DNA of 64,000 nucleotides from a virus, in the IMG/VR virus record IMGVR_UViG_3300042887_002430, positions 28,483-92,482 of that record. One strand, 5' to 3'. Within the stretch, counting starts at the first letter, position 1. Each line of letters begins with the position of its first letter. Positions 60,589 to 64,000 of the stretch are shown here, piece after piece. The position numbers and the translations under genes were made by a program. The notes beneath the pieces are model-generated. The model saw only the letters and a program-made list of their open reading frames with translations, was not told the origin of the DNA and did not search any database.

Positions 60589-61478
60589 TCCATAAATCCA
60601 ATAATAATGTAATGCACAGTTATATCCTTTGTGGTACTATTATGTTTAAGGATATCTAAGGTTAATAAATCACCTACTGATTTTACTTTTGCCGAAACCG
60701 TACATCCATAATCTTCACCAATGATAGTGACGTGACAACTGGTTGCATGTATTTTACCATATCCGGTAATATCAATTGATTTAATATAATTTTGTGATGC
60801 TATAGACGTTTCACCAAAAATATGATTCAGTTTGAGAGGCATTATCTTAACAATATTCATACCCTCAGCAGAATTAACAGCTTTTGAAATTATTACCTGC
60901 GGTATGGTAGCATCCGCATAGCCTTTAGTGGCTGCTTGCGTTGGAGCAATAAGGTCTGCTGACAAATATATCGGACCATCGGCAATGGTAGGATTCCCCG
61001 ATAATCGTATATAATCATCTTTTTCTATCGGTGCTTTACTATCTACATATTTTTTGGTAACAGCACTAGATTCACTATCGGTTTCTAAAGTATCTTTTAA
61101 TAATAATGACCCCATCATTGATGGGGTACCTTTATTTGGTAAATATTGGGTTAATTCTGATTTTAAGGTTGTGAACAATATTACATTATCTGGTAATACT
61201 GGTGGTTTAGTATATCCTAATTCTACATAGGTATCAGACCCAGTATTAACCTTTAACTTATCCTTACCACTATCAAACCACAACTGTCCCTGAACACCAT
61301 TTAACGGTTGGTTAATCCCCGAAAAATGTGAGAGTAAAGTTAATAAATTGGTATTAATATCTTTCCCATAATTAATACTGTTTGAACCATATAATGCTAA
61401 AGGTGTCTCAGCATTGACCGAACGGTCTGGTACATTCAATGGTGTGTTATGAGTGTCGGAAAATAATATGTTTGTCAT
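60585..61478 (-). CDS. tail fibre-like protein (paralogue family, no stalk)
   Basis: Shared N-domain; AVTKKYVD and ATKGYAD fibre repeats; TATAAATA upstream. Confidence 0.7.
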   Translation of the reverse strand: MTNILFSDTHNTPLNVPDRSVNAETPLALYGSNSINYGKDINTNLLTLLSHFSGINQPLNGVQGQLWFDSGKDKLKVNTGSDTYVELGYTKPPVLPDNVILFTTLKSELTQYLPNKGTPSMMGSLLLKDTLETDSESSAVTKKYVDSKAPIEKDDYIRLSGNPTIADGPIYLSADLIAPTQAATKGYADATIPQVIISKAVNSAEGMNIVKIMPLKLNHIFGETSIASQNYIKSIDITGYGKIHATSCHVTIIGEDYGCTVSAKVKSVGDLLTLDILKHNSTTKDITVHYIIIGFME

Positions 61479-61705
61479 TGTTCATAATATTGTATAGGAA
61501 GACATGACATATTTATACTTTTCAGAGATAAATATACATTATTTTATAAAGTATTATATTGTTAACTGCCACCCGAAGGGGTGTTTTTTGAACATCCATA
61601 TAATTCGTGGCTTGTAGACGGACCTTTTCAAATCCTTTAACCATAGTATATCTTTATCCTATAATATATTCTATCATAAATATTCTATTTGAAATATGGT
61701 TTATC

Positions 61706-62881
61706 ATGAAATTATCAGAAATTCTCCCATTATTAGAAGCTAGGGTTAATCCTATACAGAATCCTAAAGTATCTGCCTATGATGCTCTTTTACCTTATAA
61801 AGATAATCCTAATGTGTTTATACACTTTTCAGATTATAATAAATTAGGATTAAATCCTCTTTCAGAATTTGCAACACCTTTAGGAATTTATGGGTATCCT
61901 TTAAAAGATATTTGGAAAAAATATGATATTGATGAAGTTAAAACTTTTAAATATCTACCTTTTGCCAGTGATAGACAATTTATCATAGTCTATTCTTGGA
62001 ATGGTAAAGGAACATTTATTAATGATATGGAATATCATTATAATACTACCAATTTAAATAATGATATTGAAAAATTAAAGGTTATGTATTCTAAGAAATC
62101 ATCTCATGATTATTATGGTGATTTAGATAAATTATTGAAAAAATATGCTATTAATTATGATAGTTTAGATATTCATAACTTAGAGATAGCTGCTATTATG
62201 ATTGAACCTAATAGAGATTCCCCAAAATATAACCAGATATATTCTGAAATCAACAAGGCTAAGAATAATTTTTATCAATCTACTATTGATATTGATGATG
62301 TTATTGAAAAGGCTATTGAAGATGCCAGAGGATATGAACCTATATCTAAATTTTGGAATATTACACGATGGTTAGCTAATCATGGTGATAATCCGGAGGA
62401 TGATAATATTCATTATCATAGTAAATTAACCATTATTGGTGACTATGACAGTTTAAAAGTTTCTTATGATATGTGTAAGAATTGGAATACCATTTTACGA
62501 AAATTAGGATATGCAGGATTCGCAGACCGTACAGGACAAGGTTTTATTCACGGTAATGAACCTATTCAATGTGTATTACTATCTACCCAATTCTGTAATA
62601 GAATTGATGTTATTCATAATAAGGATTATAAAGAACCTATTAAAAAATCTGAACCACCTAAAGAAGGTAAAGTAATTTATATAGGGGATAATCCATATGA
62701 TTTAAATAATGGATATGCTATTTCAAATTATCTTAAAATAGAGATGAAATATGAAAAACCTATACCCATAACACAACAACAATATGATAAATTAATGAAG
62801 GATACTACATGGAAACCCGTTATCCTAGATTTATTAAAACAATCCGATTATAAATGGATTAATCACCAGGAAGCATCATGA
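61706..62881 (+). CDS. hypothetical protein, probable internal head protein
   Basis: Leader MKLSEILPLLE; KLGLNP.S...TPLGIYGYPL and D.TGQG.IH.NEP.Q. Confidence 0.7.
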   Translation: MKLSEILPLLEARVNPIQNPKVSAYDALLPYKDNPNVFIHFSDYNKLGLNPLSEFATPLGIYGYPLKDIWKKYDIDEVKTFKYLPFASDRQFIIVYSWNGKGTFINDMEYHYNTTNLNNDIEKLKVMYSKKSSHDYYGDLDKLLKKYAINYDSLDIHNLEIAAIMIEPNRDSPKYNQIYSEINKAKNNFYQSTIDIDDVIEKAIEDARGYEPISKFWNITRWLANHGDNPEDDNIHYHSKLTIIGDYDSLKVSYDMCKNWNTILRKLGYAGFADRTGQGFIHGNEPIQCVLLSTQFCNRIDVIHNKDYKEPIKKSEPPKEGKVIYIGDNPYDLNNGYAISNYLKIEMKYEKPIPITQQQYDKLMKDTTWKPVILDLLKQSDYKWINHQEAS

Positions 62882-64000
62882 AACTATTTGAATTATTTGA
62901 GGCTCTGAAGCCTAGTGAATATCGTGCATTCGTTAAAGGATATGCCGGTACTGATAAAGTATTTGAACCAGGATATAAGAAGGCTGATAACAGTTTTAGA
63001 GAAGAATATAAGAAACGATATTCTAATATTTTCGGTGACAAATATAGAATTTTTATACCATTGGTAGAGAAAGATGTATCTATTAAAGATGCTATTGATT
63101 ATGAATTATTGGCTAAAAAAATATCATCTATTAATGTTAGAATAGGTGCTAAAGTATCAGAAGTGGATGGTAAGAAGGTAAAATCCGGTGGTAGAATTAT
63201 TAAAGATTATGAAGGATTAGTAGATAATTATAAAGATATTGAATATACCCTAGTTAAAAATGGTTATAAGATTGTTGATTATATGCAAGGTTTAGCCACT
63301 AAGGATGAAAAGAATAATGTTAATATTGGTAAATTATTAGCACCTTATCCAGAATTGAAACAATTTTATGATTTAGACCCTGTTAGACAATCTGTTACTA
63401 AAAAACAAGAGGTTTGCATATCTCGACATCCTTATGATATTGCAGGTATGACTACGGGTAGAGGATGGTCTAATGAAAGTTGTATGAATATCGATAGTAA
63501 AAATGGTGGGAAATATTTACCAGTGGATGTTAAGGCTGGAACATTAGTAGCCTATTTAATTGATAAAACTTTAAAAGATGCTAATGGTAATCCTGTTGAT
63601 AAGAATGGTAGAAAGGTTGAACCATTAAAGAGTCCTACTGCTAGGGTATTAATTAAACCATTTGTAAAATTAGATAATGGTAAAATGTCTAAAGATGGTG
63701 AAGTAGTATTTGGAGTAGAAGGTAAAATATATGGTGCAGCAGGTGTTACATCATTTGTAGATACTGTTGTAAAATGGGCTGATAATATTAATGCTTCTCA
63801 TGAATTAGAAGGAGCATATGTATTATTTCCAGGATTATATAATGACGACATTGAAGATATTAAACATTATGGTAGAAAGGATATATTGCAAAGTGGTGCA
63901 TTGATGGTTGGTAATGTTCGTGGTAAGAATTTTTTCTTATCACCAAAATCTACTGAAAAAGAATTAAATTGGGATGAAGCTGATAAGTATTGTAAAAATT
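62878..64000 (+). CDS. probable internal virion protein, truncated by the window end, entering an Lcl-like domain
   Basis: Open frame to the window end; MKLFELFEA, SRHPYDIAGM..GRGW..SCM and finally LSPKSTEKELNWDEADKYCK. Confidence 0.7.
   Translation, partial: MKLFELFEALKPSEYRAFVKGYAGTDKVFEPGYKKADNSFREEYKKRYSNIFGDKYRIFIPLVEKDVSIKDAIDYELLAKKISSINVRIGAKVSEVDGKKVKSGGRIIKDYEGLVDNYKDIEYTLVKNGYKIVDYMQGLATKDEKNNVNIGKLLAPYPELKQFYDLDPVRQSVTKKQEVCISRHPYDIAGMTTGRGWSNESCMNIDSKNGGKYLPVDVKAGTLVAYLIDKTLKDANGNPVDKNGRKVEPLKSPTARVLIKPFVKLDNGKMSKDGEVVFGVEGKIYGAAGVTSFVDTVVKWADNINASHELEGAYVLFPGLYNDDIEDIKHYGRKDILQSGALMVGNVRGKNFFLSPKSTEKELNWDEADKYCKN

Noticed and set aside
61561-61590. GTTAACTGCCAC resembling the start of a type I-F repeat
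   Set aside because: The GGCAG arm and handle are missing; CACCC-GAAG-GGGTG plus a T-run fits a terminator better.
61607-61705. GTG-start extension of the 424-aa ORF
   Set aside because: The late-promoter motif and shared leader support the ATG at 61706.
1-64000. Stop-codon reassignment, cas genes, reverse transcriptase, intact tRNAs, group I introns
   Set aside because: Conserved genes are full length in the standard code and end in TAA, TAG or TGA; I recognised no motifs for the others; thyA and nrdB are uninterrupted.

Overview
This very AT-rich window comes from a large T4-related (jumbo) myophage read in the standard genetic code; the class Ia RNR, TraR-like protein and type I-F-like repeats suggest a proteobacterial host (inference). 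It holds a nucleotide-metabolism and replication module: nrdA with a mini-intein, nrdB, gp61-like primase, thyA, DHFR, RuvC-like resolvase, gp46/gp47, gp55 late sigma factor, a B-family DNA polymerase with a mini-intein, a sliding clamp and an RNase H/5' nuclease. Virion genes include baseplate-like genes, a 2771-aa structural protein and five paralogous fibre genes, three with Thr-rich stalks ending in C-type-lectin or vWA tips. The most notable unexplained structures are: (1) a promoter-driven mini-CRISPR with exact type I-F geometry (28-nt repeat, 32-nt spacer, 28-nt repeat) at 30476-30563 and no cas gene in the window, plus a solitary I-F-like repeat at 39369-39396; (2) a winged-helix/PolA-like-palm protein beside an iteron-bearing, origin-like region; (3) a late operon of predicted protein-modifying enzymes that share a capsid-targeting-like leader; (4) candidate structured RNAs and apparently dead enzyme homologues. 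All calls come from motif recognition by eye; no searches were run.
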